Positions 31,287-40,501 of a DNA stretch of 64,000 nt are shown here, piece after piece (position 1 is the first letter of the stretch; each line of letters opens with the position of its first letter). Location of the stretch: assembly GCA_965261635.1 (NCBI GenBank), contig OZ253463.1, forward strand, positions 931,448 through 995,447, given 5' to 3'. The translations under genes and the position numbers were made by a program. The DNA comes from Chloroflexota bacterium (GTDB taxonomy: Bacteria; Chloroflexota; UBA11872; VXOZ01). Under the pieces are notes generated by a model, which saw only the letters and a list, made by a program, of their open reading frames with translations, was not told the DNA's origin and made no database searches.

Positions 31287-32105
31287 TCAGGCGCGCAGTA
31301 CGTGCTTCTCGATAGCCACAGCGACACCATCCTCTTCATAAGTGGCAGTTACAAAGTCTGCCGCCGCCTTTACGCGTGGATCGCCGTTTCCCATCGCTAC
31401 GCCGAAACCGGCAGTCTCGACGAGGCTGAGGTCGTTCAGATTGTCTCCTATGCCAACTGTCTGGCCGAGTGAAATATCGAGCACGTTGGCAAGTTGCTTG
31501 AGGGCACGCCCCTTGGATACGTCCGGATGAATTGCCTCGGTGTAGTAGGCATGAGACTTCGTGATCCCTAGGTGCTTGCCGAAATGGTCGGTGAGTTCCT
31601 CGACGAGGCGGTTCGTCTTACTCTCATCGAGATTCACGAGCACGAGCTTGGTTGAGGGGCTATCTTGCAAAAAGGCCGCGAGGTCCGGCACGACGGTCGC
31701 CTCCACACGCGCCAGACGCATGTAAGCTTCCGCTTCGGCGGTCAACGTTTCCACGTGCAAACGGTCATTGACGAAGGCATTGATCTGGATGCCTCGCGTG
31801 CGAGCCAGAGCGACGACTTCCCGCGCTTGCTCCACCGGCACGGCCAGGTGAAAAATGGTCTCTTCGGTCACGGGGTGACGCACGAGACCGCCCTGGTAGC
31901 AGATGAGGGGCGCTTCAATGTTGAGCTCTTGGGCAAACGGCACCATAGCGGCAAACATCCGACCGCTCGCAAGTGTAACCGTGACCCCTTGCGCCTGGGC
32001 GGCTGCGATCGCCTGTTTCACCCGTGGCGCCACCGTGAGCCGATGGTCGATGAGCGTGCCGTCCAGGTCGATGGCGATGAGCTTATAGTCGGAGCGCGGG
32101 CTCAT
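31287..32105 (-). CDS. Cof-type HAD-IIB phosphatase
   Basis: IAIDLDGTL (motif I) and GDNLNDLSL (motif IV). Confidence 0.85.
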   Translation of the reverse strand: MSPRSDYKLIAIDLDGTLIDHRLTVAPRVKQAIAAAQAQGVTVTLASGRMFAAMVPFAQELNIEAPLICYQGGLVRHPVTEETIFHLAVPVEQAREVVALARTRGIQINAFVNDRLHVETLTAEAEAYMRLARVEATVVPDLAAFLQDSPSTKLVLVNLDESKTNRLVEELTDHFGKHLGITKSHAYYTEAIHPDVSKGRALKQLANVLDISLGQTVGIGDNLNDLSLVETAGFGVAMGNGDPRVKAAADFVTATYEEDGVAVAIEKHVLRA

Positions 32106-32938
32106 GCTAATAGCCCCCGCACAATGTCCATATTGGCTTGATCGGGTCCTTTATCATCAAATCCCGGCACTTCCAACACGGCCGGAATGCCGGCAAGCGC
32201 CCTATGGTTGACTATGTACCGAAACGCTTCCAAGCCGATGTAGCCTTCGCCGATATTCTCATGGCGGTCCTTATGGGAGTCGTAGGGCACTTTTGAGTCG
32301 TTTAGGTGGAAGGCCGCTAGGCGATCCAGCCCAAGATTCTCATCAATTTCCGCGAGCATAGCGTCGAATCCTGCGGCTGTCTCGACGTGGTAGCCGGAGG
32401 CGAAGGCGTGGGCCGTATCGACGCAGAGCTTTATGCGTTCGTGGTTGCCGCAGGCGCGGAGGATGGTGCCCAATTCCTCGAAGCTCGAGCCGATGTTGCC
32501 GCCGGAACCGGCGCTGTTTTCCAATAAGAGCGGCACGGTTTCGGAGGCGGCCAGCGCATCGCTAATTGCGGCCTCAATCCGAGGCAACGCCTGGTCCAGG
32601 CCGTCGCCCATGTGACTGCCGACGTGCGTGACTACGCCGGCAGCGTTGAGCAAGTCGCCTGTTTGCAGTTGGAATTTAAGCGTCATCACCGACTTGTCGT
32701 AGTTATCCGGCTTGGGCGAGCCGGTGTTGATGAGATACTGCGTGTGGAAGAGAGCGGGCAGCGGCGTCTCCGCTTGTGCGGCAGTGAAGGCGGTTATGTG
32801 CTCTTCCTTGGGCAACGCGCGCTGCCAGCCGCGCGGGTTTGCGCTGAAGATCTGCAGGCATTCGCACCCCAGGTCTTGTGCCCGGGCAAAAGCGGTAGCG
32901 ATGCCGCCAGTGGTGCGCACGTGGGCGCCAAGTTGCAT
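32102..32938 (-). CDS. nfo: Endonuclease IV (deoxyribonuclease IV)
   Basis: GAHV, LQIF..NPRGW, THVGSH, LLEN.AG, FHLNDSK. 4-nt overlap with the downstream Cof gene. Confidence 0.92.
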   Translation of the reverse strand: MQLGAHVRTTGGIATAFARAQDLGCECLQIFSANPRGWQRALPKEEHITAFTAAQAETPLPALFHTQYLINTGSPKPDNYDKSVMTLKFQLQTGDLLNAAGVVTHVGSHMGDGLDQALPRIEAAISDALAASETVPLLLENSAGSGGNIGSSFEELGTILRACGNHERIKLCVDTAHAFASGYHVETAAGFDAMLAEIDENLGLDRLAAFHLNDSKVPYDSHKDRHENIGEGYIGLEAFRYIVNHRALAGIPAVLEVPGFDDKGPDQANMDIVRGLLA

Positions 32939-33174
32939 CGAAAAAATCCCTTCGTGAGCGTTGCTGGAGGGAGGACGGTCGGGCAGTGAATTGTGACTAT
33001 TATAGCAAAGCCGGCGGCCGGTGCGCGTGCTGCCAAGCGTGCCGCGCGCCTCCTACTCCCCGCCTAGCAATTCTTACCTTATTCTTAGAAAAAGTTATTG
33101 ACAAATCGCAGACGCAGTAGGACACTGGAATTAAGGTGGGAGAACGTACTCCTAGCAGCGAAAGGAGAGGCGAG

Positions 33175-33273
33175 ATGGAACGGTTTCGGCGAGGCCAGCG
33201 CGCCATGCTGACAGTCGTGGTGACGCTGGCCTCACTTGCTCTTGCCGCCGCGCCGGCCGCACGCGCTGGCTGA
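33175..33273 (+). CDS. 32-aa ORF consisting only of a signal-peptide-like sequence
   Basis: AAAGGAGAGG lies 5 nt upstream of the ATG. Product MERFRRGQRAMLTVVVTLASLALAAAPAARAG*. May be a leader peptide or a gene remnant. Confidence 0.3.
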   Translation: MERFRRGQRAMLTVVVTLASLALAAAPAARAG

Positions 33274-33320
33274 TGGCGGTGTGCTGTGCGACTAGTGTAC
33301 ATGCATGAAGGAGGAGTACA

Positions 33321-33854
33321 ATGTTTAGCCGACAGCTTGTACGACGCACAGGAGTAACCGCCGCGCTTGTAGCGGTGGGTATGGTTCTCCTCACAATGCC
33401 GCTGCTTGCCCACTATTTTCTGGGCCATAGCGCCGTGGACGATGGCCCCGACGGACGCGAGATCCGCTGGCTGGACTATACCCAGTACGACGATGCGCGT
33501 CAATGGGCGATTGACCAGTGGCACGCGGAAGGCAAGGTGGCGATTCTGCCCCAAGCCGCCGGGCACATCGTAGACCTCGAATGGCGTGACTACAATGACT
33601 GTGAGCCAGATGCCTGGATTGGATACTATCAATACTATCGGTTTGGCATAGACAAGATATACCTGAATACGTGCAAGATGAACAGCAAGACGGCGGCGCA
33701 GAAGCGGGCCGTGGCGGTGCACGAGCAGGGCCATGCCCTGGGGCTGGCGCATAATCCGGATGATGACCAGATAATGTATGAGTATCCCGCGTCAACAGGC
33801 GACACCACGCCACAGCCGCATGACCTCCAGGATTATCATGAACTTTGGCCCTAA
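33321..33854 (+). CDS. Small secreted metzincin zinc protease
   Basis: HEQGHALGLAH (HExxHxxGxxH) followed by Met-turn DQIMY. N-terminal hydrophobic signal and GAAGGAGGA RBS. Confidence 0.85.
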   Translation: MFSRQLVRRTGVTAALVAVGMVLLTMPLLAHYFLGHSAVDDGPDGREIRWLDYTQYDDARQWAIDQWHAEGKVAILPQAAGHIVDLEWRDYNDCEPDAWIGYYQYYRFGIDKIYLNTCKMNSKTAAQKRAVAVHEQGHALGLAHNPDDDQIMYEYPASTGDTTPQPHDLQDYHELWP

Positions 33855-33933
33855 GAGGCCAGATCTGGGGAAGATGCGGGGCGCTGCTAGCGCTCCGTAC
33901 AAGATCAAATGTAGTTGAAGGAGAGTAGGTGCG

Positions 33934-34536
33934 ATGAAAGCCTCTACACGAAGCGTACTTCTGCTCTTGGGGACACTCCTCTGCGTTCTCGTCGTCGCGG
34001 GTTGCGGCGCGGCCGGCGGGCAGATGACTGGCGCGCGGTCGTTCGTTCACGAGGACATACGCAAGGTCGTAGGTGCCTCTACCCACATATTCGTCGGACG
34101 GGTGGTGGCAGTGGTGGGTAATGAAGGAATACCAACGACAGGGCCAGGGAATGAATCCATTCCGCGGACGCAATTCTCCGTGGAAGTGCTGGAGAACGTC
34201 AAGGGCGAGTTGTCCGGGACCGTGACCGTGAACCAGATGGGCGGCGCGGACGACGGCGGCATTAACGTAGAACTCGAAGGAGATACACTCCTCGAAGCTG
34301 GCAAGACCTACCTGCTAGCCACATGGTATAACTCAGATAAGAGTTGGTATAGCATCGTTGCCGAAGGTTACGGGAACGTGCAGGTCAAGGATGCGCAGAC
34401 GCGGACGCGCGAGGTAGAGCGCTTTCGCGCGGTCATAGCGCATCAGATCTTGCCGTCGTCATCTGAGTTTGAAAAGGTGGGGCCGGTGCCGGCGCAGTTC
34501 AAGCTGCCGCCGGCCAGCGAGCGGACTGCGCGCTAA
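33934..34536 (+). CDS. Lipoprotein of unknown function (OB/beta-barrel-like pattern)
   Basis: Lipobox LVVAGC. HIFVGRVVAVVG...TQFSVEVLENVKGELSGTVTVNQMGG...LEAGKTYLLATWY. Confidence 0.65.
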   Translation: MKASTRSVLLLLGTLLCVLVVAGCGAAGGQMTGARSFVHEDIRKVVGASTHIFVGRVVAVVGNEGIPTTGPGNESIPRTQFSVEVLENVKGELSGTVTVNQMGGADDGGINVELEGDTLLEAGKTYLLATWYNSDKSWYSIVAEGYGNVQVKDAQTRTREVERFRAVIAHQILPSSSEFEKVGPVPAQFKLPPASERTAR

Positions 34537-34609
34537 GCGCCGCTAAGAGAGAGGGTCGCCCTCATGCCCTCTTGTTGGCTTGGCTTCGCTCTTCGAGCAC
34601 AAGAGGGAT

Positions 34610-34646
34610 GGAAAGGGACGCGATAACCGCGTCCCTTTCCCTTTTC
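34610..34646 (+). terminator. Rho-independent terminator after the lipoprotein gene
   Basis: ggaaagggacgcg-ataac-cgcgtccctttcc (perfect 13-bp stem) followed by cttttct. Confidence 0.75.
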
Positions 34647-34810
34647 TCCCAGCGGCCGCGACAGGCTCAATCAAACCAGGGCGCTAGGCCCGTCCCACCA
34701 CAGATACGCTTGGCGCACTGCCGCTCAGCGCAGGTGAAGCGGGCCTCGCCCGCGAGGACATCCGTAATGACGCTATAATGTGGGATGAAAGAACACCTGA
34801 CGCCGCGGCG

Positions 34811-34843
34811 CCAAAAGGCGGGGGACAAGCCCCCGCGCTACAA
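34811..34843. repeat. REP family B hairpin (ccaaaaggcgggggacaagcccccgcgctacaag)
   Basis: Near-identical to 55903-55931 (ccaaagcggggggcaagcccccgcgctac). Confidence 0.7.
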
Positions 34844-34910
34844 GCTTTCGCTGACAAGGAAGCATTGACCGAGTCGAAGCGCTGAGAACACAAGCGAGAG
34901 ATGCGGACGC

Positions 34911-37409
34911 ATGCGGAATATCCTGAGCGGGCTCTTGGGCGGTCGTGATGAGGAGGAGCAACCTGCGATCCGCCCAAAGCAACGCGACGCTGCTGACTCC
35001 GGCGGTTTGCTGCATGACCTGGGTGGCGGGGTGCTGCTCTATGAGGACGCCTTCGTCCTTGGCAACATCACCTACGGACGCCGTCAGCCGCCGCTCTCAC
35101 TCTCCTTAGAGCGCAGCGCTGAAACGTCCTACAGCGAGATACCCAGCCAGTTTGACGGATGGGATGGAGCGCGGAGCTTTGCCGGCGCCGTTCCCCAAGA
35201 TCACGAGGTGTTTCGGCATTGCACGGCGAGCATGACGGCGACGCTCAGGCAGATGGCGCACGTGATGCGCAGCGACTCCGCGACTTCGACGCAGTCGGCG
35301 TCTTCGATGAAGTCGGCGTCTGCGACGAAGTCGTCCAACCCTTCTATTCTGCTTACCGGGCCTACCGGCTGTGGCAAAACGACCCTGGCTAAGACCTTCT
35401 GCTACCTGGCAAATGAACCGTGTGTTGAGATTACGTTCAGTGGCGATACCGCGCTCAGCGACTTCTACCAGTCGGTGGAGGTTGTCACCCAGGCCGGCAG
35501 CCAGGCGCACAGTACGGCCACGGTGCTCGGTCCGGCCGTGGATGCAATGCTCACCGGCAAGAAACTGCTGCTCAACGAAGTAAACATCATCCCCCAAGAC
35601 CTGCTGAGCGTCTTCACACAGGCGCTCGACGCCCGCCAGGTGGTGCTTTCAGGCAGCGAATGGGGCAATGTGACGGTGCCGGTGCACCCGCAGTTTGGCG
35701 TGATTGCCACGGCCAACCCCGACTACACCGGCACGCTGGAGATCGGCGTCACATGGGAGCGACGGTTCGGTCACGGCACGGGGAACGTGGCTATGGACTT
35801 CCTGCCGTCGGCAGAAGAGGCTGAGGCGATTCATCACGAGCTACGGCGCGTAGCCGTTTTGGACCGTATAGAGGCGATGCCGCCGCTGGAGGCGTGCACG
35901 GCAGTTGCAGCGGTGGCGGCGGAATTGCGCAGCCATCCGGAACTCGGCGGGCTCATGCGCGACCGCGTCTCGACCCGTTCGCTGGTGCACTGGCTCAGCG
36001 TGTGCAGCCTTACCGGTTTTCCCTTGGCCGCGGTTGCAGTGGAGGCCATTCTGACGTTGGTGCCGCCGGAAGCCCGCCAAGAGGCTGCCGAGCTTGTCGA
36101 AAAGATGCTGCGCGCAGTTGCCTGGCCGGCAAGAACGCATCGTCGCGTGAGCGGCGTGCTGCTACCGGAGATTACGGTGCCGGAGGAAAGCGTGGTTGCA
36201 TTGGCGAGTGTTGCGCAAACGCCACTGCCTATGTCACATGGGGAGGAGACCGAAAGGCGAACGGGCGGCTTGGAGAACGAAGTGTACCAGCCGCTGGAGA
36301 GCGATTCGCCGGGCAAGCAACCGGCACTCGCCCGTTACGAGTGCACGCTGCCGGACGGCACGCGGCTGCAATTGCAAGAGCCGCTCTACACGTGGGCGGG
36401 AAACTCGATGGCTTTGGGGCTACGCCTGCGAGCCTGGGATGGAAGTGGCTTCGAGATTACGGACCCGGCCCGGCTGGAGTCGTTTGAATCGGTATTGGGC
36501 GCAGAATATGGCATCACCGTGCCCAGACCTGTCGGCACCATACCGTCCGGTGATGTGGCGCTCCCTTGTTTTACGCGCTCAAGTTGGTCGGCGCTGCGTC
36601 TGCTGGAAGCGGCGCTCGTGCTTGACCGTCCGGTGTACATCAAGGGTCCGCCGGGGAGCGGAAAGTCGGCTCTGGTGCGCACGCTGGCGCGGTTGCGCCA
36701 ACTTCCGTTGGTAGAACTCACGTTTACTGGCGAAACATCCAAGCACGATCTTCTCGTCAGCCGCCGCCTGAGCACGGGAGAGACCCAATGGACGGTGCAA
36801 GCATTTCTCGAAGCTGTCATAAAAGGCTATTTGGTGCTCATAAATGACTATAATCTCGCCTACTCGGACGTTCACTCCTTGTTGAACAGTCTCTTCGACA
36901 AGGGTCGACGCCTAACGCTGCCTGACGGGCGAATGGTAACGGCTCACCCGCGCTTTCGGTTGGTGGCAACCGGGCAACCGGAGGGCCCGGGAGTGAAGCC
37001 GCTCAACGAAGGAGTGGAGAATCGCTTTGGCGCAATTCTCGAGCTCGCATATCCTTCCTCCGGCGAGGAGCTCGCGATACTCCGCAGCGTTGGGCAGAGT
37101 TTGCCGGTTCCGGTTCTCCGGTCGCTGGTTGACTTCGTCGGTCAGTGCCGGCGCTGGTCGGCAGGCGCGGTGCCCGCAGACTTGGAGCAGGAAGCGATTT
37201 GGCAGGATGCCGTCTCGCCCGAGTTGATTGCCGCGGTAGCCGCGGCCGGCAATTGGAGTACGGCGGAGCTTGTGGGAGTGGTGCAGGGCGTGGATGATGC
37301 CGGTGTCTTAGTGGAGCGGTTCCAGGAGGGAGTGCTATCGGCCGCCGCCCCTGCGGCCCGCCGCGTCTTGGAAGCGCTCCTTCTTCAATACAACGTAACA
37401 GTAGCCTAG
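34911..37409 (+). CDS. Tandem AAA_5 (MoxR/dynein-type) ATPase, 832 aa
   Basis: Walker A GPTGCGKT (35358-35381) with LLLNEVN. Second Walker A GPPGSGKS (36645-36668) with LVLINDYN. FGVIATANP and FRLVATGQP sensor-1-like strands. Confidence 0.85.
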   Translation: MRNILSGLLGGRDEEEQPAIRPKQRDAADSGGLLHDLGGGVLLYEDAFVLGNITYGRRQPPLSLSLERSAETSYSEIPSQFDGWDGARSFAGAVPQDHEVFRHCTASMTATLRQMAHVMRSDSATSTQSASSMKSASATKSSNPSILLTGPTGCGKTTLAKTFCYLANEPCVEITFSGDTALSDFYQSVEVVTQAGSQAHSTATVLGPAVDAMLTGKKLLLNEVNIIPQDLLSVFTQALDARQVVLSGSEWGNVTVPVHPQFGVIATANPDYTGTLEIGVTWERRFGHGTGNVAMDFLPSAEEAEAIHHELRRVAVLDRIEAMPPLEACTAVAAVAAELRSHPELGGLMRDRVSTRSLVHWLSVCSLTGFPLAAVAVEAILTLVPPEARQEAAELVEKMLRAVAWPARTHRRVSGVLLPEITVPEESVVALASVAQTPLPMSHGEETERRTGGLENEVYQPLESDSPGKQPALARYECTLPDGTRLQLQEPLYTWAGNSMALGLRLRAWDGSGFEITDPARLESFESVLGAEYGITVPRPVGTIPSGDVALPCFTRSSWSALRLLEAALVLDRPVYIKGPPGSGKSALVRTLARLRQLPLVELTFTGETSKHDLLVSRRLSTGETQWTVQAFLEAVIKGYLVLINDYNLAYSDVHSLLNSLFDKGRRLTLPDGRMVTAHPRFRLVATGQPEGPGVKPLNEGVENRFGAILELAYPSSGEELAILRSVGQSLPVPVLRSLVDFVGQCRRWSAGAVPADLEQEAIWQDAVSPELIAAVAAAGNWSTAELVGVVQGVDDAGVLVERFQEGVLSAAAPAARRVLEALLLQYNVTVA

Positions 37410-37411
37410 GC

Positions 37412-39412
37412 ATGACTTCTGCGACATTGACGAACACAGCAGCTCAGGCTGAAGCGCGCGTGCGCAGTACACGCTATACGCATGGCGAAGTAGTGGCGCT
37501 CGCGCGGCTCATTCTCCGCGATTCACGCCTGAACGTCGTGTCGGGCAGCGATTGGGCATATATAGCACGCGGGCACACGCTAACGTATCCAACGCGTGTG
37601 CTGCACACCTGGCCCGGCACAAGCATCGTTGGCGCTATCTGCCAGCAGATGGGTGAAGCCCAGCACACAGGCGTGATGGGCGAGCGGGCGTTGCAGAGCT
37701 TTTCCCGCATCGCCCCGCTGGCGTTCGACGCCGTCATGCCGTTCGCGCGTTTTGTGAACGAACTGCGCGTAAACCGCATGCATTTGGCGCGTTACCCCGG
37801 CTCGGCGCGATTCCTGCGGGCGCTCTATGCCGACAATCCGCAGTGGTCTTCCGGCAGGCGGCGCAGCACACCCCTCAGGGAGCAAGTACAGCAAGGCCTA
37901 TTGGATCGGTGGCTCCATGAAGTATGGCCGGAAAGTGCGCGCCCGATGCACATTGGGAGTACGGCCAATCGTTACGTCGACGTCCTCTGGCCCGGCGTGC
38001 GGGACGCGCTGATCCGAGACTCCATGCCGCAGATGCTGGACATCCTGGCCCGGCGGATGCTGCCCATTCTGCACGACCTCGTGGAAGAGGATGCTCGATT
38101 GTCGCAGAGGCGGCCGGAAGAGGAACGGCCCATTCCAGAAGATGATGCCACTGCCGAATATGACGACGAGGCCCTAGGGGAATTGCATATCGAGGCGGGC
38201 AGCGCCGATGATACTGAATCGTCGTCACGCGAAGATGGCGATGGTCAGATGAACGAATCTTCAGCGCCCCGATCGGACGTAGATCCCATTCCTGTGTCTG
38301 CTGATGAAGAAGGCGGCCCCGCCAAAGTAGAGAGCAGCCCCAACGAGCAGGCCGAACTCCGGCAAGATGGCGATGCGGGTTCACCACAGCAACCCAAAAT
38401 CGAGGTTCCCCCGCGACTAATCGACCCAAGCATGTTCAAAGCGCATCCCGGCGCACTCAATCCAATGCCGCGTACAATCGTGCAGGGCTTGGGCGATCGT
38501 CCGGCCGCGCCGAAGACGGACTATGAGAACTTCGACTATCGCAGGACGGTGCGGCGGCTGGAGCCCGCGATCCTGCGCTCGCTTAACGGTGAATCGGGGC
38601 GGAGGGGCCTCAAGGAGATCATGATGCGGCGCCGTTTTGGAACGCTTGAACTGGGCCGGCGACCTCGCCGCCGCCGGGGCGGCGATAGTGGCGAGATCGA
38701 TACCGATCACGTGGAGCGCCTGGTTGTTGCGCCGGAACAAGCGTTCCTCAAAGGCGTGCGCACGCCGCGAGCCGATCATCAAAAGGACTTTGCTGCTATC
38801 ATCCTCATGGATATCAGCGGTAGCATGGTAGCCAAGGGGTACTCGACCCGCAAGTTCGACCACACTGTGGATGCTGCCGTGATTTTCGCCGAGATTCATG
38901 AACGATTGCGGATTCCCTATCAGATGATGGCGTTCTCGGAGGAAGTCTGGCGAATGCGCTCGTTCGACGAGTGTACTTTCTCAACTCAGGTGGTCGCCAA
39001 CGAGCGGACCTACACGCCCAAAGACCTGAGCAGTGTATTCCGCACCATGTATGAGCAGCCGCACAAGAAGACGGACGATGCCGGAGCGATGCGCCAGGCG
39101 GTGCAGGACATGCAACCGCATAAGGGATTCAAGACCATTTTGGTCTTGACGGACGGTATTTCGTCTCAACGGCGAAAACTGCGGGAAGTTCTGCTTCAAG
39201 TGGAGCGGCGCAATGGCATGGTTGGTTCCGGGGACGCAATGGGTATTATCGTGTTTGGAATTGGCGTGCCCGGCGATGCGCTAAACGAATCTTACATAGT
39301 ACAAGCGGAAGGCCGGTTCTTGCGCTGCTTGCAGACGGTGGTGGTGCCTGACGTGGCGCGGCTGCCCCGTATGATCCAGACGACGATCGAGCGCCGCATT
39401 CGCGGTGTTTAA
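37412..39412 (+). CDS. VWA/MIDAS-domain protein with helical N-domain and acidic linker, 666 aa
   Basis: MIDAS DISGS (38810-38824) and ILVLTDG. D/E/S-rich stretch at residues ~225-325. Start is 2 nt after the upstream stop. Confidence 0.85.
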   Translation: MTSATLTNTAAQAEARVRSTRYTHGEVVALARLILRDSRLNVVSGSDWAYIARGHTLTYPTRVLHTWPGTSIVGAICQQMGEAQHTGVMGERALQSFSRIAPLAFDAVMPFARFVNELRVNRMHLARYPGSARFLRALYADNPQWSSGRRRSTPLREQVQQGLLDRWLHEVWPESARPMHIGSTANRYVDVLWPGVRDALIRDSMPQMLDILARRMLPILHDLVEEDARLSQRRPEEERPIPEDDATAEYDDEALGELHIEAGSADDTESSSREDGDGQMNESSAPRSDVDPIPVSADEEGGPAKVESSPNEQAELRQDGDAGSPQQPKIEVPPRLIDPSMFKAHPGALNPMPRTIVQGLGDRPAAPKTDYENFDYRRTVRRLEPAILRSLNGESGRRGLKEIMMRRRFGTLELGRRPRRRRGGDSGEIDTDHVERLVVAPEQAFLKGVRTPRADHQKDFAAIILMDISGSMVAKGYSTRKFDHTVDAAVIFAEIHERLRIPYQMMAFSEEVWRMRSFDECTFSTQVVANERTYTPKDLSSVFRTMYEQPHKKTDDAGAMRQAVQDMQPHKGFKTILVLTDGISSQRRKLREVLLQVERRNGMVGSGDAMGIIVFGIGVPGDALNESYIVQAEGRFLRCLQTVVVPDVARLPRMIQTTIERRIRGV

Positions 39413-39426
39413 CCAACAAGGAGCAC

Positions 39427-40197
39427 GTGGTGAAGTCCAGATCGCAGCGTTCTGACACCGAAAAGCTTCCCTGGGGTCCGCCCGCGGTGATTGTGGTGTG
39501 GGTAATTTGGCTCGTGTTGGCGCACCTAAGCCGGGCGGTCCTTGACTTTTACACAGCGATTTCCCCATTGCGCTACTTGGGCGCCGCGAACGTGCCGAAT
39601 CTGCGCAACTTGATCTTTGCCCCCGGCATGCTGGTGGCTGTCGCCCTGCTGGTTCCCGTTCTTATCGCGGCCGGCATTGCTTTCCGCATAGTAGCCTCCC
39701 GCTATCGGGGCGCCCCCATGGAGGCACTTGCATTTACCCGGCAGAGCCCTGTCTGGATGCTGGCGGTGGTAGTGCTCTTTGGTGTCTTGCTGACGTTTCT
39801 TCTGCAGTTCGCCCTTGGCTGGTCCAATTACCCGCTGCCGTTTCTTGAACCCAACGCTGGATTCCCCTCGCCTCTTGATCTGGTGCTGTACGCCGTGAGC
39901 GTGCCGGTGACGGCTCTTTTGGCGGGAATACTCGTGTTTGGATTCTGCTATCCCATCCTGGTGGCAGGCTTGGGCAGATGGGTGGGAGGGCTTCTTTGCG
40001 CCGTATGCTTTGCCTTGCCACAACTTGCTATGCAGGGCGTCTATTGGCAACCGGCGGTGGCCTTGCTGGTAATGGGCATCTACCTGACAGCAGTACGGAT
40101 GCGGACAGAATCGGCCTATACCGCTACGCTCGGCTATACCGGCTTTTCGATTTACATCGCCCTATCGGTAGTCTTGGCAGAACTAGCCATTGCTTAG
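39427..40197 (+). CDS. Polytopic membrane protein, CPBP-like fold without catalytic residues (tentative)
   Basis: 7-8 hydrophobic segments. MEALAFTR, CFALPQL and GIYLTAVRMRTESAYTATLGY line up with CPBP motifs 1-3, but EE, H and H/N are missing. AAGGAG at 39418; GTG 39430 may be the real start. Confidence 0.6.
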   Translation: MVKSRSQRSDTEKLPWGPPAVIVVWVIWLVLAHLSRAVLDFYTAISPLRYLGAANVPNLRNLIFAPGMLVAVALLVPVLIAAGIAFRIVASRYRGAPMEALAFTRQSPVWMLAVVVLFGVLLTFLLQFALGWSNYPLPFLEPNAGFPSPLDLVLYAVSVPVTALLAGILVFGFCYPILVAGLGRWVGGLLCAVCFALPQLAMQGVYWQPAVALLVMGIYLTAVRMRTESAYTATLGYTGFSIYIALSVVLAELAIA

Positions 40198-40269
40198 AGC
40201 TGCCGGTAGGTTTGGGCCGGAGCAAGCCTACTGCGCCAAGCACGGCCACGTCTTGGGCACAGACACCAC

Positions 40270-40296
40270 CACGCCCTGCATGCATTGCAGGGCGTG
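40270..40296. terminator. Hairpin between convergent genes (cacgccctgca-tgcat-tgcagggcgtg)
   Basis: Perfect 11-bp stem with no clear U-tract on either strand. Confidence 0.3.
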
Positions 40297-40501
40297 CGGG
40301 CGAGAGAGGGCAGCGTGTCTTTGCCGCCGTGCTGGAGGCTAGCAGGCTGAGACAGAGACGTGCTGCCGGCCTGAGAAGGGATCGCTCAGTTGGCCAGAGT
40401 GTCTCCACTTTCGAATCAACTTAACGAACTAACACCAAGTTTGGCATACCGCAATCATCAAGAACCTTGCGGGAGACCGGTTCCTCGTCCTCGCGGCCGC
40501 A

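Noticed and set aside
33934-34536. Lipoprotein as a TIMP/NTR-type metalloprotease inhibitor.
   Set aside because: The strand pattern is reminiscent, but the inhibitory N-terminal Cys-x-Cys directly preceding the OB core is absent. It is kept only as a generic 'possible partner' hypothesis.
34770-34780. TATAAT box upstream of the AAA_5 operon as its promoter.
   Set aside because: There is no acceptable -35 at 16-18 nt spacing, so it is left uncalled.
37640-37680. GEAQH in the N-domain of the VWA protein as a degenerate HExxH (DUF2201_N-like metallopeptidase).
   Set aside because: A single short motif without the first His cannot be supported without a profile alignment.
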